Assembly: GCA_036785375.1 (NCBI GenBank)
Contig: JAWMAR010000152.1
Span: forward strand, 2,232,001 to 2,296,000
Origin: Leucoraja ocellata
Lineage: Eukaryota
Reading direction: 5' to 3'
DNA: 64,000 nt
The notes under the pieces are model-generated. The model was not told the DNA's origin, searched no databases, and saw only the letters and a program-made list of their open reading frames with translations. Shown here in pieces: positions 40,716 to 54,327 of the stretch (position 1 is the first letter of the stretch; the number at the start of each line of letters is the position of its first letter). Made by a program: the position numbers and the translations under genes.

Positions 40716-40868
40716 TTAGATTTAGCTCTTAGGGCTAAGGAAATCAAGGGATATGGGGAAAAAGCAGGAAGTGGATACTGATTTTGGACGATCAGCCATG
40801 ATCATATTGAATGGCGGTGCTGGCTCAAAGGGCTGAATGGCCTACTCCTGCACCTATTTCCTATGTTT
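40716..40868 (+). mobile_element. CR1 3' end
   Basis: gatcagccatgatcatattgaatggcggtgc...tggcctactcctgcacct matches the other CR1 termini. Confidence 0.8.
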
Positions 40869-43800
40869 CTACCCCATTCAGCTATTCCATTATTGCGATT
40901 CGGCCAATGTTTTACACTATTCCAGATTGAAATGCTGTCTTGCAGCATTCTGCTGTTTTGCATTTGGTGTTGTTTATTGTTGTCTCTACCGTTACCTGTT
41001 TACTGTGAACCTCATGTGAACGAACAAGGAATTTTGTTACACCCTGGTATATTTAACAAAAAACGAATCTTAATCTGAATCTAAGAAAACCATCCTCCAT
41101 TTTTTAACCATAATTTGACTTGTCCAATTTAAATGTAGATTAAAAACCTCTATGATTAATATCTCACCTCTGTTACATGCACCTCCTAATTTCCTGATTT
41201 ATTGTCCTGCCCAATATCACCACTACAATTTGGTGGCTCATAAATAGCGCTTACCAGTATTTTCTGCTTTTGTTTCTGAGCTCCACCCAAACCGAATTCT
41301 AATTCTACATCATGTCTGCTGAGCCGAGATAATTAATCGACCTCATTGCGAATGCTGCAGACATTTGTAATACAGCACCTTTAAGTTTGCTGCTCTTAAT
41401 AGTTTCCTGTACTTTGACCTCCATTGCTGTTTGCCTTTTGTTTCTGCTCGCCTTTGTTATCTACATTGAACTCACTAGTTATCTGTTATTTTGGTGTGCA
41501 AGGATTGTGATACATGGTATGATTTGCCTGGATTGCACATTTTTCACTGTATCTCAGTGCACGTGACAATAATGAACCAAGACTATGGTTCGCTATAGCC
41601 CCCCACAATATTCATCAGTTACCATTTGTAGTTTACTTTGATTTGTCACAATGAAAAGGGAGAGTTTTTTCTAACAGTTTGATGAAAGATTTGGACTATT
41701 ATGGGGCAATTCCTTGAAATATGAGTTTTTAGGATAACACAGAACCAGTGAGAATGGTCGTTGTGGACCCGATGGGCCGAAGGGCCTGTTTCCATCCTAT
41801 ATCTCTAAACTAAATGTAAGATTGAATGAGAGGGATTCGCAAATCCAGATGTAACTCCAGGTAAAGAGGGCTCTCAGTTTGGGAATCTGCACCTGAATGT
41901 GTGTGAGATGAATCATTGCACTAATCTGTTTATCTACATCATTACTGAGAAGGTAAACAAGAGCGAGGAACAGATGTACAGCCAACAAAGACAGTCACAT
42001 AGAGCCGTGAACTGAGCCAAGGCTATCTGGCCTTTCAGCTGCAGATAACTTGACTGGGGCATGAGAAACCGATTTGCAAGCCAAGTGTAGCTAGAATCAA
42101 ATCCACATCTATGAGCGCATATTGCATGAGAAGGAAAAATAGAGGAATTAATGCAGGTGAACATTGATAGTGGCATTACAGAGGCTTTAGATTGACACAT
42201 GGATAGGCAGGAAATGGAAGGATATGGATCAAGTGCAAGCAGAGGAGATTAGCATAACTTGACATCAGGTTTGGCACAGACATGGTAAGCTGAAGGGCCT
42301 GTTCCTGTTCTATGTTCTATAACCCTGTTATTTACATTGTACTCTGAGGCTTGGTAGATGACGATTTGCTCCCGTGCTGACCACAGTCAGAGATCATTTC
42401 TCTCAACACCTACGTTGCCAATTTCCTTCACCACATGATCTTCCCTACATATCTCTTTTAGATTGACTGGAGTCACTTGTGACCCGAGGCACCAAAGAGC
42501 GCTCCCTTTTGCACTTCCGCCATCTTCTCTGTGTGTGGCTCTGCTGAGGGAAGTGGTCACACTTCCAAGGGTTTCCACTCCGAAGCTTGAGTGGCTGACT
42601 GGCGATTTTGACCGAATTTCGGCCCTGCCCCTTGTACACGCACAGAATAGCTTTCGGAAGAAGGAGGCAGTGGCTGATTTCTCCCAGATCCTGTCCTGAA
42701 GGCGGGGGAGAAATTGGCCTTTACTCACTTCAATTCTGAAGAATGAGAGGCGAGCTTAGTCTTGGGATAAGGGAGCAGTGATTTAGGATTGAAATGGGGG
42801 GAAATTCCTTTCAGTGAAGCTGGTAGTTCAGTTCAGTTTCATTAATTGTACCGTGTACCGAAGTACAGTGAAAAGCTCTTTGTTGCATGCTATCCAGTCA
42901 GCAGAAAGGCAACACGCATGATTAATGTGTATTTGTGTGAGGTGTGAATCTTTGGAATTCTCTCCCAGACTCTGGCTGTGGAGACTCAGTCATTCAACGT
43001 ATCCATGGCTGCTGCAATAGATTTTTGATGTTGTGAATTGGAGGACAAAGGAAGATGGGCAGGAAAGCGGGCTCGACACTCAGGATCAGCCTTTGATCTG
43101 AGAGTCATGCAGCCCAGAAACAGGCCCATCCTGTCCATTAAGTACCCATCCAGTCCCAAACCAAACCGTCACCCATTCTTTTACATCCTTGGTATAAACC
43201 AGCATCTGCAGTTCCCTGTTTCTATGTACACATCTACACTTGTTCCTTAGTCTTCTATGACTTGGTGATTCAAGTGCTTCTCCAGATGCATTTTAAACGT
43301 AGTGAGACTGCCTCAGGCAATGTGTTCCAGATTCCAACCACCCTCTGCATGAAAATAATCTTTCCTCAGATCCTCTCTAAACCTCTAACTCCTCACCTTA
43401 AACCTAGGCCCTCTGGTTGTAGATGCCTATACCATGGGATGGCAGAGCAGGAGCAAGGGGCCACACTGCTTCCTCCACCTGTTTCCGACACGATGGTGCC
43501 CCGGGGGGGGGGGGGGGGGGGGGGCGGGTGGTGGTGAAAGGCAGCCTCAATCTTCAGCCACATGCTCATTTGGACAATGCAATTCACCCCCTGGGCCATT
43601 TGAAGGCCAACTTGCTTAATGTCGCCAAGAATTGATGCTTCCTGAGTCATTTTCTTCTTGGCAAATGGATCCAATCCATATTTGACCTGGGATTCTGCCC
43701 GTTGGGTGCAAGAAGACCATTCTGGTTTATCTGTGGTTGCGAATGTCTGAAGGTAACATTGATACCATTGATTGAATTTTATCTGTGTTAACTGTAGCAT

Positions 43801-44209
43801 GATCTCACTCTGCTATTTGGACTGGGTCAGGATCCAGATTTAAGATTGTGAGAAAAGATCTTTTGGTTAAATTAGATCAAAACAATTGTACAGTGCTTGT
43901 TTAAGACTTTAGTTTTAATCCCATTATGTTGATCGTCTTTTGTGTTTTTGAACAGAAAAATCAAAGTTTGTTCCAGCCAAATGCCCCAGTAGGTTTGGGA
44001 GGGGGTGGCAGGAGGCGGGTCCTTCTGTGAGTGGTGTGCCAGAGCTTGCAACTGTGAGAATGCCACGGCTGCATTTGGTGCATCCATAGTTGGGATAGTC
44101 AACATGGAAACAGGCCATTCGGCTCATTATGTTACTGTCAGCAAACTAGCATCTATTTACAGTAATCCAATGATTCAACATTAGTTTATTGCACTAATGC
44201 CATTTAAAA

Positions 44210-44455
44210 ATATATATAGTTTAGAGATACTGCGCAAAAACAGACCTTTTGGCCCATTGTGTCCATGCCGACCAGTGCACTAATACTTTCCTACACACTA
44301 GGGACAATTTAACATTTTACCGTAGCCAATTAACTGTACGTCTTGGGAATGTGGAAGGGAATCCGGAGCACGTGGTGGAAACCCACACGGTCACAGGGAG
44401 AACGTGCAAACTCCGCACAGACAGCACAAGAGGTCAGAATTGAACCCAGGTCTCA
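44210..44455 (-). mobile_element. HE1/V-SINE-type SINE
   Basis: cctacacactagggacaa...acccacacggtcacagggagaacgtgcaaactccgcacagacagcac...gaacccaggtctc. Confidence 0.8.
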
Positions 44456-45037
44456 AATGTTTCAAATCTGACCTGCCAATGCAGTCACACGTCCTGGTGG
44501 CACATTGGTTTTTGGTCACTGCTGCTGATATCAGTTTCTTTTAAATTTCAGATTTATTTTATGAACTGAATTTAAATTATCAAACTACTGGGGTGGGAAT
44601 CAAATTTGTACTTCTAGTTCAGTGGTCGCGTAATTCGGCCAGAATTCCACCATGTGCTAAGTCAGAATGTGGCTTAGGGGAAGCTGAAGATGTTTCTGAA
44701 CGCGTTGCTGCTGCTGCCCTGTCTCTGGTGCAGACGTCAGGATTCAGGAGATGCTGTGGGATGAACCTCCCTGAGGGGCTTCATGTAGATGGCGCACACC
44801 ACAGTCCCAGGGCGGGATGTGGACTCCAGCACTTGGAGCACCGAACTAGCAGGTGCTCTGTTCTGGATGTTTCGACCTAATTCAGGGTTGCTCCAACATT
44901 CCTGACTTGACCCCATTGATAGTGGAGTGGCCTTGGGACAAGTGCCCAGTCATTTGCCTACTTTTGAATCCTTTGACACTGTATCAGGAGATGTGTTGCA
45001 ATGGGTCCCACTGGGCCCTTTCCAATACTGAGAAGTA

Positions 45038-45312
45038 GGCGGCACGGTGGCGCAGCGGTAGAGTTGCTGCCTTACAGTGCCAGAGACCTGGGCTCGATCC
45101 TGACTATGGGTGCTGTCTGCACAGAATTTGTACCTTCTCCCCATGACCTGCATGGGTTTTGTCAGGGTGCTCTGGTTTCCTCCCACATCCCAAAGACGTA
45201 CAGTTTTGTAGGTTAATTGGCTTCTGTAACTTGTCCCTAGTGTGTAGGAGAGTGCTGGTGCACAGGTGATCGTTGGTCGGCATGAACTTGGTGGGCTGAA
45301 GGGCCTGTTTAA
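45038..45312 (+). mobile_element. HE1/V-SINE-type SINE
   Basis: ggcggcacggtggcgcagcggtagagttgctgccttacag...ggctcgatcc...gggctgaagggcctgttt. Confidence 0.85.
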
Positions 45313-46049
45313 ATGAAACTAATACAAAAGTGGAGAGAAACAAAAAGTGCTGGAGTAACTCAGTGGGTCAGGCAGCAACTCTGGAGAAAAGGGTTGAGTG
45401 ATGTTTCGGGTCGGGACCATTCTTCAGACTTTAGTGGGATTGGTCTGCAGTCTGATTTTGTCCAGCATGGCCAACGATGGGCTGAATGGCCTTGTTTTGT
45501 ATTTTTTATTCCAATAACTGATTTGTATTTGTATAGGGGGGGGGGGGGAGGGGGCAAAGTCTGTTAATGAAAGCACGAGCATCATTCCTCGTTTACTCGG
45601 GGTGCTTTGGCACTAGTCTTGGTGCTTTTCTACCACCTGAATGAAATTCTAAAAGCTGCTTTGATGCCCCATGAATGAATTCCAACTAACACAAACCTTG
45701 CACAGACAAAAGCACCTGCGATTATTTTCCCATTTTCTACTTGTTCTTTTAAGTGGAACAGCGCTAATTTGTTTTGGCTGTAACTTGGACTCTCTTCTTG
45801 CAGCTGTACATGTCGTTCAGTGCCAGTGAGAATGAAACAATCTCGTTGGAAGAGCAAGTCTGACTTGCTTTTCAAAAAAAAAATCCAGTTTCTCTTCCCC
45901 CCTCCAAAGGTGCTGAGACACACACAAAGATACACGGCTCTGTCCCGTGTGTCCAGTGAGCAGACGGGTATTCAACACAACCCCCCAAGCAAGCAGATTC
46001 TGCTTGGCAGCCGAGCCCATTCCCAGCCTCCAAGAGCAGACGCCATTTG

Positions 46050-46230
46050 GATCTCCCAAACCCACTGTCCCGAGTCCGATGTCCAGCTCGATGCAAGTTG
46101 AGGTGCAGAGGATGCTGTCTTTCGTTAAACCGAGGCCACGTCCGCTCTCTTGGGTGGACGCACTATTTTAAGAGGGAAAACCTCCTGATAGTCTTAGTAA
46201 TGTTTAGCCCTGAACAATCAAAGTCCGACC
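46050..46230 (+). mobile_element. Deu-domain SINE relic
   Basis: gctgtctttcgttaaaccgaggcc...ctctcttgggtggacg resembles the Deu core. Confidence 0.5.
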
Positions 46231-48442
46231 CGGTCATTGTTGCATTGGCGATTGAGGGAGCTTGCTGGGCAGGTTCATTCGCTTTAAAAGTATTCCATTG
46301 GCTATGAAGCACTTGGGGGTTTCTTGGAAGGGATGCAAAAGGCGCTGTGCAAATGCAGGTCTTTATTTTCACGAACCAGGGCCAAGGAAAGGGGGCGATT
46401 GCAAACGGGTGACGTGGCTTCCCTGACCACGCTTTAATCTGCTCCTTCATCATTCTATCCCCGTCATTTAATCTTTATCCAAATGCGACGCGTCCCGGTG
46501 TTCGGCACAGTAACTGGCGTAAACATGCTGTCTCATTTTACCGAAGGGCATCGACTAATGTTGCCGTGGTGAAATATGTGAAAAAGCACAGAGGCTGTTT
46601 GTTGCCATACATTTGTTTTTGCATCGCTGGTTTAAATGTTTATGTTTATAGACCATGTAGCCCTGACACGTTTACCCACCAAGAATTTTTGGAAAGCCTG
46701 AGGCACAGATAACGTTAAAGTGAAATCGTGTTATTTAACTTGGACTGTGAGCACTGGAGTTGCGAATGCCTTAAATTGACATGCCTTCAATTAAAGCAGA
46801 TTGGTGAAATTCTTTCCCCTTCACACAGTCCTGCAACAGACGCCTGCTAAAAGCAATTCAATGTTGTGTCTGGTAGCTCCTGCGGGGGCAAAAGAAAATG
46901 CAGGATAAATATCCTGCGTATGACAGGGAATCATATTATATGAAATTTCCCTCCCTCTTTCCACTGTGAAGAAGAATTTTCTTGGGAATATTGGGGCCCA
47001 ATAGTAATCCTTTCAAAACCATCACTGTGGAAGGTCAGGAAATTCTCTGATGTTTGGGGGATCTTGTGCATAAATTGGGGACATGATTTGATTGGGGTCA
47101 ACACTTAAAACAACTATTTTGGCTGTCAGGTGCTCTGGGACATCACAAAGGCAATGTGGAAGCAATGCCAGTGAGCCTCTCCTTCTAGTCCAGGGTCCAG
47201 AATGCCAATTGCAACAGCCCTGAGCTGAAACATCCTGGTACAGTACAGAAAATGAAGCTGGGTCTTCCCAATCTGTCTGTCCAACAAGCCTGCGCCTGTT
47301 TACTCTGTGCCAAACAGTGCAGTTGGCGTGCAGCAAACTGATGGTGTACTTCCTTCTCCTGCCCTGGTGAGATGAGCGGGCCAGACCTCAAAGAGTTAAA
47401 GTACCTGCAGAACTGGATTGAAATATTTGTGCCCAGGGTGTGTCTGTGTGAATCAGTTGGAGACCAATCTGACTGGGCGTTGCTCTTTTACACAAGGTGC
47501 TATTTTACAGATTTTTCAAGCACCTCTAATAAACCCCAGTTTCGCCGCTCTCATTAATGGGAGCTGAGCTGAGCTGAGCTAGGCTTCTGACATGCCGGAG
47601 AGACTTAGCAGAGTTGACTGTGATGTCCTTTAAATGGCATTAATTTAGAAACCCAGCAGGCACTTAAACTTCACAAGAGCGTGATCGTGATGAACAGGCA
47701 TGTGATTGTCAAGCTCTTGATAGAAACGTTTGTTTTAATATCAACCTAAATGCTTGAGGGGCGGAGGTTTCATTTATTAAGTAATCAGATCCTGGAAATC
47801 TGACATTGGAAATCAGAATATGTTGGAAATGCTCAGCAGGTCAGGCAGCATCTGTGGAAAGAGAAACCATTCATTCGGACTGGACTGAAAGTTAACTCTC
47901 TTTCCACGGACGCTGCCTGATCTGCTGATTGCTTCCAGCATGTTCTGTTTTTATTCCTGCTAAATAGTTATTAGTCATAAAACAAATCATCAGGTTATAA
48001 TCTCATTTGTGTTTGTGGATCTTGTGGTGTGTCATGTTTCCCGCCACCATTACAAGGGTGACTACACTTCACTGGGTGTAACGGGGTTTGGGATAATTCA
48101 GAAAAGTAAAAGGTTCTGTAGCAATGCAATTCGCTGATGATCCATCCAGAAATGTATCAGAAGTTACTGTGATGAGGAGTTGCCAGGACCAGTTGCTTTT
48201 GCAAGGCGTACAGTTAGGGGTCCCCTATTGGCTTCAGCCAATGTACCAAAGGCCTTGAAGTGTGTTCAAATTGGCCAGGGTTTCTGCTCCACACTGGAAA
48301 TTGAGTGACTAATAGGTGAAGGCAGGTTTAGGCTAGCCTATAACAAATAGGTGCTGGAGGAACCCAATGGGTCAGGCAGCATCTGTGAAAAGAATGAACA
48401 AACAACGTTTTGAGTGGATCCAAAACATTCTGTCCATTTAAT

Positions 48443-48690
48443 ATGAACCTGAGGGACTACTTTTTCACACAGAGGTTTGTGCACTCATGGAATGAATTGC
48501 CAGAGGAAGCAGTTGAGGCAAGTACCATAACAACATTTAAAATACATGTGGACAGGTACATGGATAGGAAAGGTTTAGAGGGATATATGGGCCAAATACA
48601 GGCCGGTGGGACCAGTGTAGATGGGGCATCTTGGTCGGCAAGGGCAAATTGGGCCAAAGGGCCTGTTTCCATGCTGTATGAGGCTATGAC
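48443..48690 (+). mobile_element. CR1 3' end
   Basis: FFTQRFVHSWNELPEEAVEASTITTFKIHVDRYM and tail gggcctgtttccatgctgtat. Confidence 0.8.
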
Positions 48691-50294
48691 TCTATTAGGT
48701 TAGACTCTGATGCTCTCCAGAACGTGGACAAAGAGGGGGCAGCTGTGAAAGACAGCTGTGCCCACTGAGCTGTCCTGTGCCTTCTTGGGTGGGGCGGTGT
48801 GATTAAACATTCTATATTTAAATGGAAACTTGCTGGATGCTCCCAAACTTTTTGTGGAATGAATGACCTTCAAAGAACCATAACTTTTAACGTTAATGGC
48901 TCTTTGATCTGTGGCTGCTATGGTAACTTGGTCCCGAGGTAAACATGCTTTGAACAGCCTGTTTTGTACTCCGAGTTCCTGGTCGAGGACTTTGTCTGTC
49001 TCTATTGCCGATAACACACTCCGAACTGCAAGCGGCATAGAGATAACTATTCTTCCCATTTGATGAGCTTAATTTTTATGATGTTTACAAATGCAAGAAT
49101 TAGAACATAGTAACATGAGGTGGCCACTTGCCTCATAGCTGGTCTCTATGTTTTCCACATATCCCAAACTCTCTTTGGTTAACAATAATTTATCAATCTC
49201 AGATTTAAAATGAGAAAATCTGCCAGAGGAACTCAGCTGGACAGAAATGGACAGATGATGTTTCACGTTGAGACCTTTCCTCTGGACTCCCACTTGTTTT
49301 TTTCGCTCTAGATTCCAGCATCTGCAGCCTCATGTGTGTCTCTTAAAATGAGCAAAACAGATTACAGGTTTGGACCCTCGCTGCAGCTGAAAACTCTAGG
49401 CTAACTCTTCAAACAATATTAAGACAGGTGTATTTTTTTTACTCTCAAAAGATGAGATGTTAAAATGTGTCCTTGTTCACTGACCTGGGCAGGTATGAGA
49501 GATCTGATGATGCCATTCAAAGTCTTTTCCCAATGTCCTCGCAACAGCCACCTGTTACTACGAAGCATTCTGGCACCTCCTGTATGGGATAAGAATAAGA
49601 AGTAGTTTCTTTATCAAGCATTCCCTCGAATAATGTAGAAACATTTATCTTTAATTTACTGATGTTTCTCTGTGTTCGTGTAATCAATTGCCTTCATGTC
49701 CTTTCGTACATGAAATATTATAATACTTGAAAATTACAGTAGAAGTGAGAAGTGCTTATTCAATATATTTCCAACTATGGACCTCAGTGAGTCTTTTTAG
49801 CCTGAATAATTCCTGCCAGCCTAATTCGGTGCTGTCTAATCCCATTGCCTGACCTGTAATTCCTCCACACAAGTGTCTCCATTGGAATGTGTGCTTGCTG
49901 ATTGACATTGATGGCTATAAAAGAATGATGCCGTCATTCTGCACAAATGGGGAGCTGCGTCCGTTTTCCATCAGTGGTCGGGTGCAGCTATCTGAGTGCT
50001 TCTATTTCTGTGTGGAATGGAATGCAAAGCCAAGCGTTCTGTTGAAGGGACAAGTCTCTTTATGCTGGCAGGCACAGAGCGTGCTTTCAGATTTCAGTCC
50101 TCCCCTAGGACTCTCTTTCTTTTCATTATTCCCTATCCCAGATACTCTTTCCTGCCATTAACTTTGCTGTACAATTCCGGGTTTGTTGGTCTTCTAATAA
50201 TTTGCCCAAAGAGTTCATTGAACCCTTGTTCAAGGGTGAGGCTGGGCAGCACGTACCCGAGGGTGGCACGCACACAGCTTGATCCTGTACTTGC

Positions 50295-50355
50295 CTGAAT
50301 GGCACTCGTGCTAAAGTTTAACATTACAGTCAACTTCAGCACGAGTGCCATTCAG
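50295..50355. repeat. 24-bp inverted repeat (1 mismatch) with 13-nt loop in ERBB3 intron 1
   Basis: ctgaatggcactcgtgctaaagtt-taacattacagtc-aacttcagcacgagtgccattcag. Confidence 0.9.
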
Positions 50356-52509
50356 CCCCTCAGCCATACTCCACTGACGGATTCTGTACCTCGCTTTCAC
50401 ACTGATCCTTATATTGCCCCCATATTCCATTGCCCCAGCTTTCATCGGCTAATACCACAGGCTGGAATCCAAGCCAGGAGTTTTGTGTCGGGAGTTATGT
50501 TGTGCAAATGCTTTTTTTTTTAACGCCTGGAATCTGGATTTGGGATGAAAGACTTCTCTCCAGAAGAGAGGGTTGACATATGAAGAGAAGCTGAGCAGGT
50601 TGGACCTGTATTTAACTTCAGATCATTACCACAAGCTGGGTTGGGTGGACAAGGTGGCTTTAAGGGGAGTGAGTCTTAAATGTGGAGAAGATGGGTCAAA
50701 AGGGAAAAAGGTTCAGGAAGGGAATTCCACAGCCCAGGCAGATGAAGGCATGACTGCCAGAGCCGGATGAAAATCCAAAAAATTGCAAATGCTGGAAATC
50801 TGAAATAAAAATGAAATGAAAAAGAAACATCTAGCAGGTCAGGTAGTTTTGTGGAATAAGAAACAGTTAACATGTCAGGAGTGGATCTCATTATCAGAAC
50901 GAATCAATGGTGGAATTATTAAACTTTGATGTTGCAACTACATTACTGGACTAATAACGCAGAAGCCTGGAGAACTATATGACGGTATTGTATAGTTGTT
51001 TAATTGCACTCTGCTAAATCTGGCCTCTGGACTTTGCCCAGCTTCAATCATTCCAACATTGGCAACCGCCCAGGCCCCAAACTTTGGGCTTCCTTCCCTA
51101 AATCCCTCTGCCTCTCCCCGTCTTTTAGGGACACTCCTTTAAACTTATCTAACTAGGTGAACGTTTGGTTATTTGGCCTAATGCCTCCCTATGCAGTTCT
51201 GTATTGATTTTTTTCTTGTCTGGTAACTCTCCTGAGAAGTCCCTTGAGATGTTTTGTTGAAGTCGTTAGATTGTAAAAATTGTTATCTCGGCAGTGAAAC
51301 CTGCAAGAATTAGTTGAGGAAAATATTTTTTATTGCACAGTTCCAAACAACACTCTACTTTTATGCTTTATAATGTGATACCGTGTTTTATTATCTTAAT
51401 AGTTAAACAGTAAACTTCAGGAGAGTTTTGTTTAGTTTCTGGCAACTTGCCTTGAGATAAATATTTGATGTGTTCACTTGGATTGTTAGCATCCACCTGT
51501 CCTGTGAGCTGTGTAATGGAGGGATAAGGGTCTAGGTTCAGAGCCTGGTTACAGTGCAAACATCCTGCCATGCTATTATGTTTGTATCTCATGATGCAAA
51601 CTCTTCCCAATTCAAACCCTTACCGCTGACTCTGACCATACTTATCATGGTAAACGTTGAAAAAGTCTGTTGACTAAATAGCCTCCAATTCTGTGGTAAA
51701 TGATGGACGTTGTGGTAGATTTGTTGTCTTGGGATTTTAAGAAGCTTTAAAAAAAGACACCACGACTACTCGGTATCATGTGAAGACACGTGGGACGTGT
51801 AGCATCCCTGTATTATATTAGGATGTCATCAATCTTGGATGGGGTGCCACATACACTCATTGTCTGGATTCCCTAATGAAGGATGCCCATTTGTACAAGG
51901 TACTGGGCTGGGTTTGTCCTCTCGGGCAGGAAATTGGCCCTCTCCAATGCGCTTGACACTCAACTTTCCTCTGACCTGGCAGGGTAAGACAGTCACCCGT
52001 ATCAGAAGGACTCTGGCTCACCAGCACTGTCTCGACGACAATTGAGGATAGACAATAAATGTTGGCCTTGCCTGTGATGCCCAGTTCTCATGAACTAATT
52101 AAAGCTGTGCCTATGTGCCATGGCACAGCTCGGTAATTCCTGGAAATGAGACATCTCTACACAGTCATGCAGCTGGGGGTTGGGTGGCATCTTCTCACTC
52201 ATGCCCACCCTTTTGTAATGTTTATTAGCTGCCATGAGTTAATAACCTGGAATTGGCGACATGAATGATAGCGATTACTCCACATCAAATACCCCTTCTC
52301 CCATTGAACCCTTACCTCCCAGTAGGTTACCAACTGGCATCTTAAGTCATCGGAGGCACTATTTATATTTCCTTGCACTTGTAATAAATGCCAACAAATT
52401 TGGGTAATTGTTTCCAAGGCAATTAGCTGTCCCGATGATATCACGTGGGACAAATACAGACCGTGACGGTGTGGAAAAAGGCAACTGACTGCCTGCTGCC
52501 TAACACGCG

Positions 52510-52705
52510 AGATGTGGTAGCACAGGGGTTATGATAGTAATTCCCAATGCCAAGTCTGATGATTGAGTGACACAAGTTCAAATCCCACTGTGGCAGCTGG
52601 GAAGCTTAAGTTCAGTTACTTAAAAAAACCCAGGAATTTAAGAAACTCATATCAGGAATAGTGACTGTGATTCTACCAGATTGGATGTGAAACTGTTAGT
52701 TTTAT
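52510..52705 (+). mobile_element. Second tRNA-derived SINE family (degenerate)
   Basis: B-box agttcaaatcccac. Related copies at ~54750-54860, ~59785-59900 and ~44540-44640 (minus). Confidence 0.5.
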
Positions 52706-54327
52706 CCGTGCCTGACTTGTCTGCCTGACAGTACGGCTGTGCTTTATGAACCACCAGTTTAACCTTCTTCTTCTTCTTGTGTATGGTGTGCACAGCATAA
52801 GGTTGTAGGACAACTTGTTCTATTAGATCTTATTTGATTGTGCACGTCGAGTTGATTACATTCGTCGAAACAGGGCGGACCACATGAAGGTTGCAATCTC
52901 CCACCCCAGGTTAACCTTGAGCTCCTGGATCACTGAGAGGTGGGGGTGAGCTGGGTGCCCAAGACCCTTTGACCCCTGAAGCTCCTCTGAGGGTTTTAAG
53001 CTCTTCCTTCCGTTTCTTTTGTTGCGTTCCCCATATGTCTTAGCAGGAGGCCACTCGTCTCCTTTACCCGCTGCTTCATTTGATAAGATCATGGCTGATC
53101 TGATTGTGACCTAAACTCTGCATTCCTGCCTACCCCTTGTGTATCAAGCATCTATCTATCCACAGATCCGTATAAGAAATGGGCCTCTGTTTGTGCTTTT
53201 TAAAATGTTAAAACATGATTATTGTGCCTTCTTGATGCTGTTTTAAAAAGTACGTCAAAGATTGCAAAGTTCACGAGTGCCAGTTGAAAAACGTCATTCT
53301 ATCTCCCTCATTTGACTGTCTCAGGAGCAGCAGAATTTTCTGATCAAATTTCTCAGCGCTGCGAGCACTTAGACGTATACCTCATCAGACAACTCTTAAA
53401 GCTATAGTAGTCAATGCCACCAGCACCCTTCAAGTGACTGGAGAGCAGTGATCACTTCAGCATAGCTGGCTGCTCCCTGGTGGCAGGGTGTGTGTTCCTG
53501 GGTTTAATGACAGGAATATGTTGGGGCAGTGGGTCATCCTGGTGAGGGTCAGCTCATCCACAGGAGTGATGCCCTCAGTTCATTGTATTTCAAAAATAAG
53601 GGACGGGATAATGCTTTGGCGTAGGGTCAGAGAATTTTCCTTGGAAGAACAAAATTCCCTGTTCAGCCTGTTCCTGTGGGCTAAAGTAAAAGTGTTCGAA
53701 GTCTGTTCTGTTACAGAGTGTCAGTCACGTCCCTGATGCAGCAGTGATCAGCGACCTCTGGGATGCGGTTTACATCTGAAGATAGGACCTGGTGCGCTCC
53801 TGAGGGTAGGGAATCGAGAGTGAGGGTGACTGGGTGCATTGGGAGTTGGTGGCGGCTTCTTTTACACCCTTATACCAATTCAAGGATACATCTAGATGGG
53901 AACTTACTCTCTGTAAGGACATTAATACACTTTGCAAACACCCTCACTTTGCACAAGATGGGTATTTAAATGGCAGTTTTGATGGCAGCAAAGTGTTTTA
54001 AAATGGAAGGAAGGAGAACAGGCTGTAGAGTGAGGGGAGAGCATGTGTGGTGCAGTCTGCCTATGACTGATTCATTTTTTTAAATAATATTCAGCTTGAG
54101 CGTTATTAAAAACTGATTTTTTTTCCTGGGTGAACAATGCCTGTCATTATTTAGCCCAACTTGGTTGAAAATGTCACAGGAGACGGACTTTGGGTGTTGC
54201 ACTAATGTTGACGTCATCTGAGCAATCTGAATGCCAGAAAAACAACCTCGTACCAATCAGTATTAATGACAAGAAACCTGCGCAAAATTACCTCACACTG
54301 TGTCAACACATTTTCCACTTTATAACC

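Noticed and set aside
43502-43530. Long G/C homopolymers (also ~6381, ~29957, ~36462, ~45536, ~56014) as G-quadruplex elements
   Set aside because: Simple homopolymer runs with no positional pattern; lengths may be unreliable.
47561-47585. (GAGCT)n pentamers resembling an immunoglobulin switch region
   Set aside because: Only 4-5 units; consistent with a simple microsatellite.
53488-53736. VCVPG... ORF as possible ERBB3 exon 2
   Set aside because: Lacks the expected CEVVMGNLEI motif; no exon 2 was found in the window.
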